A DNA stretch of 64,000 nucleotides from positions 682,001 to 746,000 of the forward strand of contig MU061538.1 in NCBI GenBank assembly GCA_013265495.1. Reading direction: 5' to 3'. The stretch's first letter is position 1. Each line of letters starts with the position of its first letter. This DNA comes from Vicugna vicugna (Eukaryota). Position numbers and translations under genes: made by a program. The notes beneath the pieces are model-generated. The model was not told where the DNA came from. It saw only the letters and a list, made by a program, of their open reading frames with translations, and searched no databases. Positions 24,901 through 37,025 of the stretch are shown here, in pieces.

Positions 24901-27847
24901 CGAGACTGTGTGAAGCTGACTTGGCGTCACGTAGCTGACCCAGGGAGCGAGGTCAGAAGTGACGGGTGTGCGCCTGAGGTCGCCTCCCTCCCAGCCCCAG
25001 ACACCACCCCGTCCTGACGGATCTGAGAGGCAATAGTTACGGCGCAGACAGACACACACGCTTCATCGGGTCAGCGCCTGCGGCCCGTCCACACCCCACG
25101 ATGGCTGCTGAACTGGGGTGAGCAGCACCTTCTCTGAGGACGGGATGGGTCTCCTCCTGTCGGCCCGATGTCCCACGTTAAACCGCAGCAAGTGGAATCT
25201 ACAAAAAGACCGTGAGAAATTCAAGCAGCTCTGGAAAATCAGACCAAGCAACCGTCCCGGCGCTTCCTGAAGGCCCTCTGGTCGTCCTCGCGCCGCAGAC
25301 CCCGGGTAGAACCCGGGCGGCGGCCACGGCGCTGGGCTCCTTCATGCTAATCCTGCCCCGCGGTGACGCCGCCTCGACGCTAAAACGTCCACCGGGCGAG
25401 GCACAGGTCCCTCGGGTCTCCAGGCGCCCCGAAGGCCCTGTGCTCAGCAGCAGGGCTGCTGGCAAATACTTCGGTCTTAACTTGGACATTTCGCCTCCTA
25501 AATTCAACCAGAAGCAGCCCCGGACCAGGCGCCCTGCAGCCAGCCGGCCGGGCCGTGCTGAGCCAGCCTCCCTCCCCAGCCCCGGTCTCAGCTCTGCTGA
25601 GAACACACGTGCTGTCTGGGCCCCGGACACAGACCCCCTCCTGGGCTGCGGGAGGCTTCCCGCGTCCCGAGCAGGATGCAGTGTGAGGTGTGACCCCGTC
25701 CCTGCGGCAATCACTCTGCTGCCTAACGGACCTGACAGCCGCGCGGCAGAACGCATAACGCGCTCGCGGCAGCTAGGAGTGGGGAGGCCAGCGGGCCACG
25801 CGTAGGCGACAGGAGCACGCGCCCTGGGAGCAGAGCTGCTGCTCCTCGGGCAGAGGCGGGCGCCGGGCTTTGCTTCTGTCCCAGCGCAGGGGCATCTCAA
25901 GTCGCCGTCCGAGGGGAACCTCCTTGGCGCTTGTCTGTCGGGTGGTTGGTCCCATTGCTTCCATGAAAAGAACCTGATGGCACAAACGTGTCTTGTAAGC
26001 AGCACTTTCCTGCGAGCCGCCTCCGTGCGCGACGTTCCCAGAGAGAAGAACCCTTTTACGTCCCCCGGACGCCGGGCGCTCCAGCCCATCGCACGGCTGT
26101 CCCCGGGGCCTCCTGTCGCGTGGCTGTCCCTGCCCCAGTGGGGCCCCGGCCGCGCCCACACACGCACAGCGCGGGAGCTGCCTGGAGGACTCAGGCCAGA
26201 AAGGGAACGCCACCTATGCCGGCCGCCTGCACGCCCTGGGCTGTCACCGATTCCGTCCGGTTACCCGCCCCCCGCCACCGTGGGCAGACACGGGTGAGAG
26301 CAGCACGCCGGCTTTCTGTTTTGCTCTCTCGTAAATCCTTAGACAAAGGCTGTGACCAGTTGCTGCTCTCTCCTGGGGACCCTGACCAGAAAAGGTGACG
26401 CACGGCCCCTCATTAAAGTCCCCGAGGTTCTGAAACAAGACAGCCACACCATCCTCTCAACAGAAGGACAGAAGGGATCATGTTTAGACGCACAGGGAAT
26501 GTTCGGGAAGGAGCCTCAGTAGCTCGTCCCGCCCATCCGCGGCTCTGGTGCCCCGTGCCTCTGAAATTCTCTGGGCTGACCCAGTCCCCGCGCAACAAAC
26601 ACTGCGATACGGGGGTGACGACTGTAATTTTCACTTCCACTGCTTTTCTGTCATTCTGGAATAAAGACCTCGCCTCTTTGAGATGAAGTTCCTTTTCTCC
26701 CCTTTCCTTCTTTCAGTGATGGTGGGTCTCTCCGCAGTGGTGAGAGGCTGCCCGCTGGTTGAGGCAGGTAACAACAAGGATTTTCCATCGCTGCCCATGC
26801 CAAGTCCAGCGCCTCCCAGAAAGCCGGCCGATCGTCTCCGGTGCGGAGCCCCAGGGCCCCGGAGGCAGCGCCACCGTGTCCGTGAGTCCCGGTGCCTCTG
26901 TCCTCACGCAGCCCCCTGTCCGTCTGCAAGGAAGAGCCCGCGGCACAGGAGGGGTGGGAACGCGGGCAGGAGTTGGAGCGTGGGATTCACAGCCGCTCTT
27001 CCCTCCCCCGCAGGCCACTGGAGGTGAGGCCCGCAGGGGGGCTCTTTCTCTGGAAAGCGCCCTCAGTGGGACTGGAGTGCTCCCTTGTCACCAGAGCTCC
27101 TGTGACCTCCTGCTTGCAGCACCAGCGCCTGGGCCAGGCGGCGGGGAGGGGCAGGCGGGGCCCAGCCCTCTATCCCCCTCAGGCCAGGCAGGGGTGAGCA
27201 CTGAGGCCACCCTGAAGAGACCACCCCAGCAACAGTCCCCAGAAGGGGGCGTGAGGCCCTTTCCAACCAAAACGGACGGAGGGCGGCCCACGCCGAGACC
27301 TCACTGGTCCACGCTCCACGCACTGAGGGCCTGGGTCCCTTTTGGGCGAATGCTTCTCTGCCTCTGGGGTGGAGGTGGGAGCGGGAGGTTGGGAGGGAGA
27401 GAGGGTCCCATCTGATCCGCCAGCCAGAGACCTGACCCCTGAGTCCCTGGCTCCGCAGGCGCAGGGGAAAAGCGTCTAATATCCAGAAAATGCCACTTCC
27501 AGTGTTTCTATCCCGTTTTGTCTCTGATGACACACAAAGAAGGATGCCCCCCGAGGGTCACAGAGTTCAGTGAAAATCCTACAGGCTTTTCCAGAACAAA
27601 TAACAGACACTGACCCCTGGCCTCTCTTTGCATAAGAATTAACACGGGCAGCCCAGCCTCTCCACCGGCAACAGGGACTTCGCAAATGCCAGCTTCTGAT
27701 TTAAAACTCTGATTTTTTTTTTTTCCCTCCTAAGAAGCCAGAAGAAAGGGGGACGGGAGCTCATCTACATTACAGACCAGGCCTCTCGGAGAAAATCAAC
27801 CATCCATAATTCATGGCATGTTTCCTGAAGGGGCTGGAGGCAGCGCC

Positions 27848-28003
27848 GTCCTAGCAACGGAGTCCTGGCAACGGCGCAGCCAATCCGGCCGGGAGGAGGG
27901 GACGGGCCGGGCCACGCGGTGCCGACTCTGCGCATCTGTACCGGCTTTTTATGAACTATTACTCGGGCGGGCCTGGGGCGGGGGCGGAGAGGTGTGGGCG
28001 GGA
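27848..28003. promoter_or_regulatory. Promoter-like module: two RFX X-box-like sites, a CCAAT box, a TATA-like element and three GC boxes
   Basis: GTCCTAGCAACGG 27848-27860, GTCCTGGCAACGG 27862-27874, AGCCAATC 27878-27885, minus-strand CATAAAAAG 27953-27945, and GGGCGG boxes at 27965-28003. Confidence 0.4.
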
Positions 28004-28280
28004 GAATTTGAGCCGCAGAAAATATTAGCTGAAATCTGGGCAGGATCCCGTTTTGGTGAAGAGCAGAGGTAGCTGCCACACTCGCCGGGTGGACGTGAAC
28101 ACGCCGGTTACTGAGTTTAAAACAACACCGTCTCTCACTAGCCAGTAGTTTTCACAGAATGAACGTGCCTCGCGACAAAGGCCCCTGACTGCCGGCTCTG
28201 GGGGGGGCTCTGCTGGCACTCGGGGGCCATTGTGCCAAAATAGAGATTTCAACCCTCCCTTTTTGTCTGCAAGTCGAATC

Positions 28281-28490
28281 TTGTTTTCTTCTTTGTTTTT
28301 TGTTTTTCAGTTGAAGTGCAGTCAGTTTACAGCGCTGCGTCCAGTTCTGGTGCGCAGCGTCATGTCTCAGTCAGACGTGTGCACACGTACATTCATTCTC
28401 ATGTTCTTTTTCACTATAGGTCACTACAAGACAGTGAATCCAGTTCCCTGTGCTGTATAGCAGGACCTTGTTATTTATCTTTTATGTACA
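28281..28490 (-). mobile_element. 5'-truncated cetartiodactyl L1 3' end (L1_Art-like), copy 1
   Basis: A T-rich tail is followed by ttcagttgaagtgcagtcagtttacag...ccagttccctgtgctgtatagcagg. Confidence 0.75.
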
Positions 28491-28561
28491 GAAAACCAGA
28501 TTGTCTGTTTTTCCAAGAATGCAAAGAGCTTTATTTAAGAATCCTGTGTCTGTCGTTTCAG

Positions 28562-29060
28562 TTTCTTTTTTAAAAAATTTTTTAATTGAAGTCTAGTCAG
28601 TTGCAGTGTGTCACTTTTTGGTGCACAGCATCATGTTTCAGTGATACATATACATACATGTATTCATTTTCATACTCTTCTTCCTTACAAGTTACTACAA
28701 GATATGAATATAGTTCCCTGTGCTGTACAGTGGGGTCTTATTTATCTACTTCTTATCTAGTAGTTAATATGTGCAAACCCCAAACTCCCAGTTTATCCCT
28801 TCCCACCCACTTTCCTCCTGGGAACCGTAAGTTTGTTCTCTATATGAATCTGTTCTGTCTTGTAAATAAGATCATTTGTGTCCTTTTTGTAGATTCCACA
28901 TGTGAGAAACACCACATGGTGTTTTTCTTTCTCTTTCTGACTTACTTCACCTAGAATGACGATCTCCAGGTCCATCATGTTGCAGCAAATGGCATCATTT
29001 TATTCTTTTTTATGGCTGAGGAGCATTCTGTTGTATAAATACACCACAAATTCTCTATCA
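28562..29060 (-). mobile_element. 5'-truncated cetartiodactyl L1 3' end (L1_Art-like), copy 2, ~500 bp and AT-rich
   Basis: It contains aattgaagtctagtc...agttccctgtgctgtacagt...gattccacatgtgag...ctgacttacttcacctagaatg...gttgcagcaaatggcatcattttattcttttttatggctgag. Confidence 0.85.
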
Positions 29061-30996
29061 GATTGTTTTTGATGAATGAATCTGGGTTTAAAACTCCGCT
29101 GAGGAGGGTTCTGGACACCTTAACCCTTCGACTCCCACCACCCAGCCAGGAACCTACTTGAATCTGACCACTCGGTTGTGGCTGGACCTGCAGCCACACG
29201 GAGGGACACGTCTATACCCGCTCCACGGCGACAGGAAACCCGCACGGGAGGAGCCCTGAAACCCGTTAAAAGCCACGGACGTTCCTTTAATCAGGAGGGC
29301 AGGAGCCGGGCCTCCCTTTGTCTTTCAGGATGACGCCTTCACTGCAGCTCTGACTGCCTAATCTCCAGCTGCCCCTCGATGGAGCGACAGCCAAATTCAC
29401 ACCACGCGGCCCACCCCGGCCGGCTCTCCAGAAAGCAGAGGAGGCTTTGCTCAGCTGCCCCCCAACACAGACGAAGCAAACACCCACCAGCAGCGCGAGC
29501 TGGTGGCCCAATGGCAACTCGGGCCGGAGGTCCGGGAGTGGCCTCTGCCTGCAGCTGAGCTTGGCCGTCTGGCGTCTCTGAAAGTGCACATCAGACACAC
29601 AGACGCCCGCCCTTCCTTCACTCGAAGGTGCCTGATGACTCCTTGTAAAATCACGGTGAGCCAACGAGGGCAGAGTGTTTCATGCGTCCGTCCCACGGGA
29701 AGACACCCAAGGATGCAGTCTCCGGGATGCCGTGAGCACCACCTTCCCCGGGGCCGCCCTGACGCTCCCCAGACGTGCGCTGGCTGCTGGAATAAGCTCA
29801 CAGGAAATCGTCCGTGTTTCTCTTCCAGAAAAACGAGGAGCTCATTGCTCTGCACTGGGTTTGGGGCAGCCGAGAGCCAGAGCCCAGGGCAAGGCCCCTT
29901 CTCCTGGAGGTGCCCGTGGGCCTGCACTGTGGCTCCCGCAGCGTGAGTGGCGGGAACACTTCCCACGGGCACTCCAAACCCTACTTCGGGGTCCACTGCC
30001 CTATGCTGAACTTTGACGAATTGAGTAAATTAGCAAAAGCCGCCAAGAACAAGGAGGAAAACCCAGCTTCCCTGTCGCGGCTGCGTCCCCCTCCCCCCGA
30101 AACCCCCTCTGGAAGGCGGGAGGGCCTCACCCCGAAACCGTCCTGAGAGCAGGTCTCGCGGGAGACGGCACCCTTGCCCGGTGCCTGCTGAGCGGTCAGC
30201 GGCGGGTCTGCCCTGCGCTGGCACCGGGTGGCTCCCCTCAAGTCACACGGAAGCATCACCTCCAACAACGACTGAGGCTTAAAACTGCACTCACGCGGCT
30301 GCAGCATTCAAACGGGCGCCACAGAGCCCATCACGCTTTAAGGGGAAAAACGCACAAACGGACACACCCAGGGTCAGTCAGCACAATGGAAATGCGAGAG
30401 GCTGCGGGTGCAGCTGCGGACCCGAGGCACGCCGGATGCGTAACGACCTGCTCTGTGCTGCGGTAGTCACAGAGCGAGACGACTGCACGGCGGGTCTGCC
30501 CTCAATGAAAACGCCCGTGGCCCTCTGGTCTGTGCGGCTGGAGGAGCACCCGGGGCGGCCGGTGGCTCCTCGCACGCCTGCCGCCCTCGGGGTGCGGGGC
30601 GCGCCCCCTGCAGGCGTCCGCTGGGGAAAAGCCCCGGCTTTTAAGCCGCCAGGGGAGCAAAAAAACGTAAGCTAATGCGTCTCATTCCCTCTCACGTCGG
30701 TAAAAACTCAGCGATGGGCTCAAAGGACACCTGCTATTTTTAAGTAACTTTGCACATTTCTCTTTTATTACAGAGTGTTCCCTAAAAAAGAAAAAAAATC
30801 CTGAAAATTGGCCGGCGACCCAGTTCCTAAGCAGACGCCTGTCAGGATCAGGTCGCCACAGTGAGGGGAGCGCTCTGTCGAGCTCCGCCTGTGACAGGAT
30901 GCGGCGGAGGCCACCGCTCAAGGACAAGGGCACAGCTCCCCGGAAAAGGTGCGCCACAACTGAAGACGGCTCACGGCAACGTCCCCACGACCTCCT

Positions 30997-31012
30997 CCAC
31001 CAGGTGGCAGCA
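30997..31012 (+). promoter_or_regulatory. Candidate CTCF site CCACCAGGTGGCAGCA
   Basis: It is a full match to the CCASYAGRKGGCRS core. Binding is not demonstrated. Confidence 0.4.
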
Positions 31013-31639
31013 GGCAGAAGACCGCGGGAGGCTTCTGCTGCCCTGCTCCTCGCCCACAGCTGCAGGCGCCCGCCCGGCGCCCCCGCACCCCCACCCGTCC
31101 CAGCGGCGGCCATGCCGCTGGCCTCGCCCCAGGGCACTCGGCGTCCCCCTTGGCTCAGCACTCCCGGAACCCCAGCAAGCCCGGCTCCAGACAAGCCTGG
31201 ACCCTCACGGCTCCAAGTTCAGTCCCCAGAGAGAAGCAGTCAAGGGTTTCCGTGTCGCCAGCAGACACGCGTGTGCACACGCACACACATGGGACACACG
31301 CACATGCGGGTTTACTCCTCTACCTGCAGCTTTCCTGTGCCTCCAGACGGCCGCTTCCCAGCCCCGTGGGCCGGACAGGGCCCGGCAGGGCGTGTGTCCC
31401 CAGAGTGGCTCCGTCTTGGAGCTGCGTGTGGAGACGGTGCTCAGAAGTGCTTCCACACTGAGCTCAACAGCACGAAGCCCATCGTGTCTGCTCTGAATGA
31501 CGGGAGCCTCCAGTGACCGAGACGATGTGCCTGAGAAGGGTCAGACGTGAAAAACGTCCAGGACACACACTACTGAGTGGAAGGCAGGATTCAAAACTGT
31601 ATATGCGAGGGAGTGGGCAGGCACCAGCTCCTCCTGCCA

Positions 31640-32159
31640 GGAACTCTGCCTAAGCCTCTAGTCCAGCCTCATCCACCAGGGCAGGTACCAGAAATGAGAA
31701 AACAGCAATCCCAAAGCCCGTGGAAGGAGTCCACACACACAGGCCAGACTCCACACTGGGACCAACAGGACCCTGGCCCTTGGGGGACAAGAGGAGTGCA
31801 CTGCTGGGACACACAGGACATCTCCCACAGAGGGCCACCTCGCCAAGGGCGAGAAAGTAACTAACCTACCGAAAACTACATGGATAGACGACGTGGGGCA
31901 GCAGTGGAGAGTCTCCCAGGCCAAGGCACAAGACAGAATCCCAGAAGAAGAAATCAGTGGTGAGGAGATAGGCAGTTTACCCAAGAAAGAGTTGAGTAAC
32001 GATGGCGAAGATGTTCGGAGAACTCAAGAGGAGTACAGATGCACAGAGCGAAGTTATAGCAAAGAATTGGAAAATACAAAGAATACGCAGAGTTGAAGAA
32101 TAAAATCACTGAAATGAGTAACACACTAGAAGGAACCAAGAAGAGACTGAATGAGGCAG
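31640..32159 (+). mobile_element. L1 5' UTR / ORF1 N-terminal fragment, frameshifted, running into the assembly gap
   Basis: ORF1p-like peptides occur in different frames (QDRIPEEEISGEEIGSLPKKEL...; KNKITEMSNTLEGTKKRLNEA). Confidence 0.75.
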
Positions 32160-32511
32160 NNNNNNNNNNNNNNNNNNNNNNNNNNNNNNNNNNNNNNNNN
32201 NNNNNNNNNNNNNNNNNNNNNNNNNNNNNNNNNNNNNNNNNNNNNNNNNNNNNNNNNNNNNNNNNNNNNNNNNNNNNNNNNNNNNNNNNNNNNNNNNNNN
32301 NNNNNNNNNNNNNNNNNNNNNNNNNNNNNNNNNNNNNNNNNNNNNNNNNNNNNNNNNNNNNNNNNNNNNNNNNNNNNNNNNNNNNNNNNNNNNNNNNNNN
32401 NNNNNNNNNNNNNNNNNNNNNNNNNNNNNNNNNNNNNNNNNNNNNNNNNNNNNNNNNNNNNNNNNNNNNNNNNNNNNNNNNNNNNNNNNNNNNNNNNNNN
32501 NNNNNNNNNNN
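32160..32511. other. Assembly gap (352 N)
   Basis: Run of n characters in the sequence. Confidence 1.
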
Positions 32512-32677
32512 AAAAAGTGAATGAAGGGCTACAAATGGCAAAGCATCTTTGAATTAATTCTTATTTTGTGGTTGGCTTTATTCCTTTGATAGCTATGTAA
32601 GTTTAAAAAGCTAAAGCTCTAAGTGTTCTTAGAAACAATGAACAGTACATAGAGGTCAATCTAAAAACATACGGGCA

Positions 32678-33188
32678 GTGAAATAAATGAGCTATCACGC
32701 CATGAAAGACATGGAAGAAACTTAAAGGACACATTCCTTAGTGAAAGAAGCCAGTCTGAAAAGGCCACAAACTGTACGACTCCAACCAAAGGACATTCTG
32801 GAAGAGGCGCAGCTACAGAAACAGTAAAAGACCGTGGTTTCCAGGGGTCTGGGGAGAGGGATGGAGGGCGGGATGAGCAGATGGGGCACAGGGGACTTTT
32901 AGGGCAATGGGGTTATTCTGTGATACCACAGCGGTGGCTACATGTCATCACGCATTTGTCAGAACCCACAGGCTGTACAACCTCAAGAGTGAGCCCTCGT
33001 GTAAACTGTGGACCTTGCTTGACGATAACGTGCACCAAATGCGCCGCACTGACGAGGGAGGCTGAGGGCAGGGGAGGATGCACGTGTGGGTGGGGAGGGC
33101 TCTGCGAACTCTCTGCATTTTCTGCTCAGTTCTTCTGTAAATCTGTAACTGCTCTAAAAAAATCGTCTATTAAAAAACAAACAAAAAC
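32678..33188 (+). mobile_element. L1M (L1MC/MB-like) 3' end
   Basis: It contains aatgagctatcacgccatgaaagacatggaagaaacttaaa...gaaagaagccagtctgaaaaggc...gtaaactgtggacctt...ctgctcagttcttctgtaaatctgtaactgctctaaaaaa. Confidence 0.8.
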
Positions 33189-33384
33189 TATATGCACGAG
33201 GCTTTCACTTGTTTTTAAAACCGAAGCACAGCGGGTTTACGCTTCTGTGTTAGCTTCCGGAGGGCAGCGTGGTGGGCCAGCTGTCCGTATACACAGACGT
33301 TCCTTCTCCACTAGAGGCCACTCCGAGGGGTCGAGCACAGGTCCCCGTGCTGCACGGTGGGACCTTGCTGCTCATCTGCTGTTT

Positions 33385-33512
33385 GTTGTTTCTGGCGGGG
33401 GTGGGGGTGGTTAGGGTTATTTATTTATCTGTTCTGATGGCGGCACTGGGGACGGAACCCAGGACCTTGTGCACGCCAGCCATGCGCTCTACCCCGAGCT
33501 ACACCCTCCCCC
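33385..33512 (-). mobile_element. Vic-1-like SINE with a target-site duplication
   Basis: The reverse complement reads gggggagggtgtagctcggggtagagcgc...gtcctgggttccgtccccagtgccgcca...aaataaataaccctaaccacc. The TSD ctgctgttt is at 33376-33384 and 33517-33525. Confidence 0.85.
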
Positions 33513-35464
33513 TGACCTGCTGTTTTTATTAAATACGTGCCTACACAAAATCTGCCACCGAGTCAAAGCGCAGGAAGGAAGGCGCCCCAGGCCAGCCGAC
33601 TGAGTGACGGTGACCGATGACAATAGGGCCTTGGTCCGACTTCCTGCTGTTGTCCAGCTTTTCTCGAATGATCAGCTGTGTCTGGGGGCAGGGGGTGCAG
33701 TTAACAAAGGCTGGGGCTGAGCAAACACTCGTCTGTCAGACGTTCCAGAGACCACGGCCTGCGGCAGCTTCCAGGCAGGTGCTGGGACTGTGAGGACTGG
33801 GGCTCCGGGTGGCCAGCGAGGGCAGGGGTGGGCTGCGGAGGGGTGCCCGCGGCCCAGGGCGGGAGGCAGGGCCGGCCCCACCGCACTTGACCTGCGCGCA
33901 GGCCCGTCAGACCCGCACGGCCTGAGCACCCCCAGGGGCTATCTTCTGAGAAGAAGCGGCCGGTGAGCCCCTCTCTGCTGGAGAAAGAGCTTGGTGGTGA
34001 CCCCCGCCGGTCCCTCCCCCAGAAGGAGAGGGCGAGGGGTCTCGACGACGCTGACCGCCTTTCACAGGACGGAGGCATCGCCTGGAACCTCGGAGGGGGT
34101 GACCCTCGCTGACCCAGCTCACAGGCGGTGAAGTGACACTGACCGTCTCCCTGCAGGGGCACAGAGGGGACGCAGAGCAGAGCATCCCCTCCCTCCAGAG
34201 CTGACCCGGGAGCACAGGAGGGAGCCCTCACTGCATCCAGACCAGGGACCCCAACCCGGGCAGCCCTCCCCCAGAGGCAGGGGACAAGAGACCAGAGACC
34301 CTCCCACCTGGTTCCCAGGGCAGCCCGGCGGCCTCCCGGGACGTCGCACTTTCCAGTATGAGCCCCAGCCAGAGCAGGGCGGCTGAGAAAGTGACCCTTA
34401 GCCCCGGGCTCGGCAGGGGGCTGGGGTCCAGGCACCGTGGGGGTGGCCGGAGGGTGCCGTGGAGTGGCGCTGCGGCCCCTCTGAGAGGCCGGCGCCCCCG
34501 GCCCGCGCCCTCCGGGGAGACCACACTCAGGCGCAAGCGCACTGGAAGCAAGAGTGAGTCTCAAAGCCCCCGACCCAGAACTCAGCAGAGTGGGAAGGAA
34601 ATCAAGCACCAAAATCAGGACTGAGGCACGGTACCAGCGGCCCGCGGGGGAGGCGAAATCAAGGCCGGGCCTCGGATTGCAAAGGTTCTGATTAAAGAAC
34701 AAATTGCCCAGCAAGCCGGACTAGCCGTGTGCTGCCTCTGCCCCGCAAAGTGACCTGGCTCTCCCCTGGTGGCTCTCAGCCCCACCGGGGACAGGCCGGG
34801 GCCGCTGATGGGAGCGGAGGCGGGGAGAGGGAGTGCAGCTGCAGGTGGAAGATCGTGGGACAGTCAGCAGGTGCCCCCCACCACGTCACCTACTGGGGGA
34901 CGCAGGGCAGGTCACCCGCTGCCTCCAGTTTCTCGTCTATAGACTGAGCAGCGAAGGCGGCCTCAGGTTTCTGTGAAGGCCCAACGAGGTAGCACGTGCG
35001 GAGGCTTTGTGGCCACGCGGGCTGGGCCAGCGCCACGTCAGCAGTGGCAGTGACAACATGAAAACGGGCGTCTCGCAGGGACGAGATTTCAGGTTGGGAG
35101 ACGTCTCTGAAGGCCGGGGGGTGAAGAGAGCTCTGAGGACCCTGGATTTCGCAGAGGTGGGCGTCCGTAAGGGGTGGCAGGTGAGGGGGTGTTAATTAAT
35201 TAATTATCGCACCAACCGTGAGGTGAGACGCAGCCGATCCCAACCGTCAAACTGCCAACACGTCAGTCTGAGTCCGCCCTGAAAGTCCTCGCAAGGCAGC
35301 AAGGGTTGTTTCCCAATGGAATCTTGAAGCCAAAGAGAGGTGGCAGCAGACTGGAGAGTCCAGAAACGGCAGGACTAGCTCGCTTCCCGCTGACACCCCC
35401 CCCCCGAGCGCCCGAGTGCCTCACGGCTCGGGGGTGTATTTTATGAAGATGCAGCGGCCTTTAA

Positions 35465-35778
35465 TTTTCACTGACGTCTAGTCGGCTGGCAGTGTCGTGC
35501 GAGTTTCTGAGCACAGCACAGGGATTCAGTTACACACACACACACATCCTTTTTCATCGCAGGTTATTACAGGATGCTGAACGCAGCTCCCTGTGCTGTG
35601 CAGTAGGTGCTTGTTGTGTATTTTATGTGTAGTCGTGTGTGTATCTGTTAATCTCAAGCTCCTAACTTATCCTCCCCACCTTCCCCACAGTAACCATGTT
35701 TGTCTCCTGTGTCTGTGAGTCTGTTTCTGTTTTGTAAATAAGATCGCTGGTGTCACGTTTTCAATTCCACATATAAGT
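35465..35778 (-). mobile_element. Cetartiodactyl L1 3' end (L1_Art-like)
   Basis: It belongs to the same family as 28562-29060: gattcagttacacac...ccctgtgctgtgcagtagg...ttgtaaataag...ttccacatataagtgat. Confidence 0.75.
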
Positions 35779-36281
35779 GATGTCATATGCAGCATCTTAC
35801 GAAGCCAGTATCACCCTGATACCAAAACTGGACAAACATTTCACAAGAAAACCACAAACCAGTGTCTCGTGTGAATATGGACACAAAAGTCCTCAACAAA
35901 ATACTAGCAAGCTACATCCAGCAACACAGAAAAAGACACACACCGTGACCACTCGGGGTTTACCCCAGGAAGGCAGGATCGGCTTAACATCTGAAAATCA
36001 ATTAATGCAAACGTCACGTCACCATCTCACTTGCTGAAAAAGCATTTGACAAAATGCAACACCTTTTCATGATAAAAGACACTCAGGGAAACTAGGAAGT
36101 TCGGCAGGGAACTCTCTCCACTTGAGAAAGCCCAGCACCTGAGGGGGAGGGGCCGCGGGCACCCCACCTGAGCTTAGGCTGGAACACGGAGTCTGTGGAA
36201 CACGACCACCGCTGAAGGCCGTGCTGCAGGGTCTGGCCAGGGCAGTGCGGCAAGAAAGAAAGAAAAGGGCATCCAAACTGG

Positions 36282-36457
36282 GGGGGCAGGTAGAGCTCAG
36301 GGGGAGAGCGCGTGCTTAGCATGCACGAGGTCCTGGGTTCCATCCCCGGTACCTCCAGTAAATAAGTAAGTGAACCTAATTACCTCCCCCCCAACAAAAA
36401 ACAATGAAAACCAAATGAGTTAAAAAAAAAAAGAGAGAGAGAGAGAAAGAAAAAAAA
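36282..36457 (+). mobile_element. Vic-1-like SINE (long-tail form) with a 12-bp TSD
   Basis: The body reads gtagagctcaggggggagagcgcgtgcttagcatgcacgaggtcctgggttccatccccggtacctcca, followed by a tail. The TSD is catccaaactgg (36270-36281) / cattcaaactgg (36458-36469). Confidence 0.88.
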
Positions 36458-36883
36458 CATTCAAACTGGAAAGGAAAAAGTAAAAATTTGCTGATGACGT
36501 AATTTGAACATAGAAAACCCTGAAGGATCCACTAAAAACATGTTAGAATGAATGAACGAGGTTACAGGACACTAGATCAGCACATGAAAATCATCTGTAT
36601 TTCTGTACAACAGCCATGAGCAACCTGAAAACGAAATTAAGAATATGATTCCATTCATAAAAGTGTCAAAAGAATGAAACACTTAGGAATAAATTCAACA
36701 ACAACAACAAAATGCAAAACCTACACTCTGAAAACTTCCAAACATTGTTGAAAGAAATGAAAGAAGGTCTAAATAAATGGAAAACCTCCCGTGGCCACGG
36801 ATGCGAAGACAAAATACTGTTACAATGGCCACGTTCCCAAGCTGCTCTACAGCGTCAATGCGGCCTCCGTCAGAATCCCAGCT

Positions 36884-37025
36884 AAGAATCTGAAAAAACC
36901 ATATACGTATGTGTGTGCATGTGTATGTATGTACGTGTATAACTGAGTCGCTTCGCTGTGCACCTGAAACTAACACAACACTGCAAATCAACTACACTTC
37001 AGCTAAAAATAAGAACTTAGAAAAA
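36884..37025 (+). mobile_element. ~140-bp 5'-truncated L1_Art-like 3' end with a TSD
   Basis: It contains ataactgagtcgcttcgctgtgcacctgaaactaacacaacactgcaaatcaactacacttca. The TSD is agaatcccagct (36872-36883) / agaactccagct (37026-37037). Confidence 0.8.

Noticed and set aside
27848-27890. MHC class II-type S-X-Y enhanceosome
   Set aside because: The CCAAT orientation relative to the X box is opposite to the MHC-II Y box (ATTGG), and there is no X2/CRE between them.
30740-30773. + strand acceptor-like tract (tttctcttttattacag), also 39611-39672 (acceptor plus AATAAA)
   Set aside because: The first lacks a good branch point or nearby donor. In the second, the branch point is only ~10 nt from the AG. 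Neither supports an exon model on its own.
31954-32552. ORFs spanning the N run
   Set aside because: They are artefacts of translating N as X.
33405-33420. Telomere-like TTAGGG
   Set aside because: It is a single unit inside a SINE tail.
35192-35206. (TTAA)n palindrome ttaattaattaatta
   Set aside because: It is a short isolated simple repeat with no supporting context.
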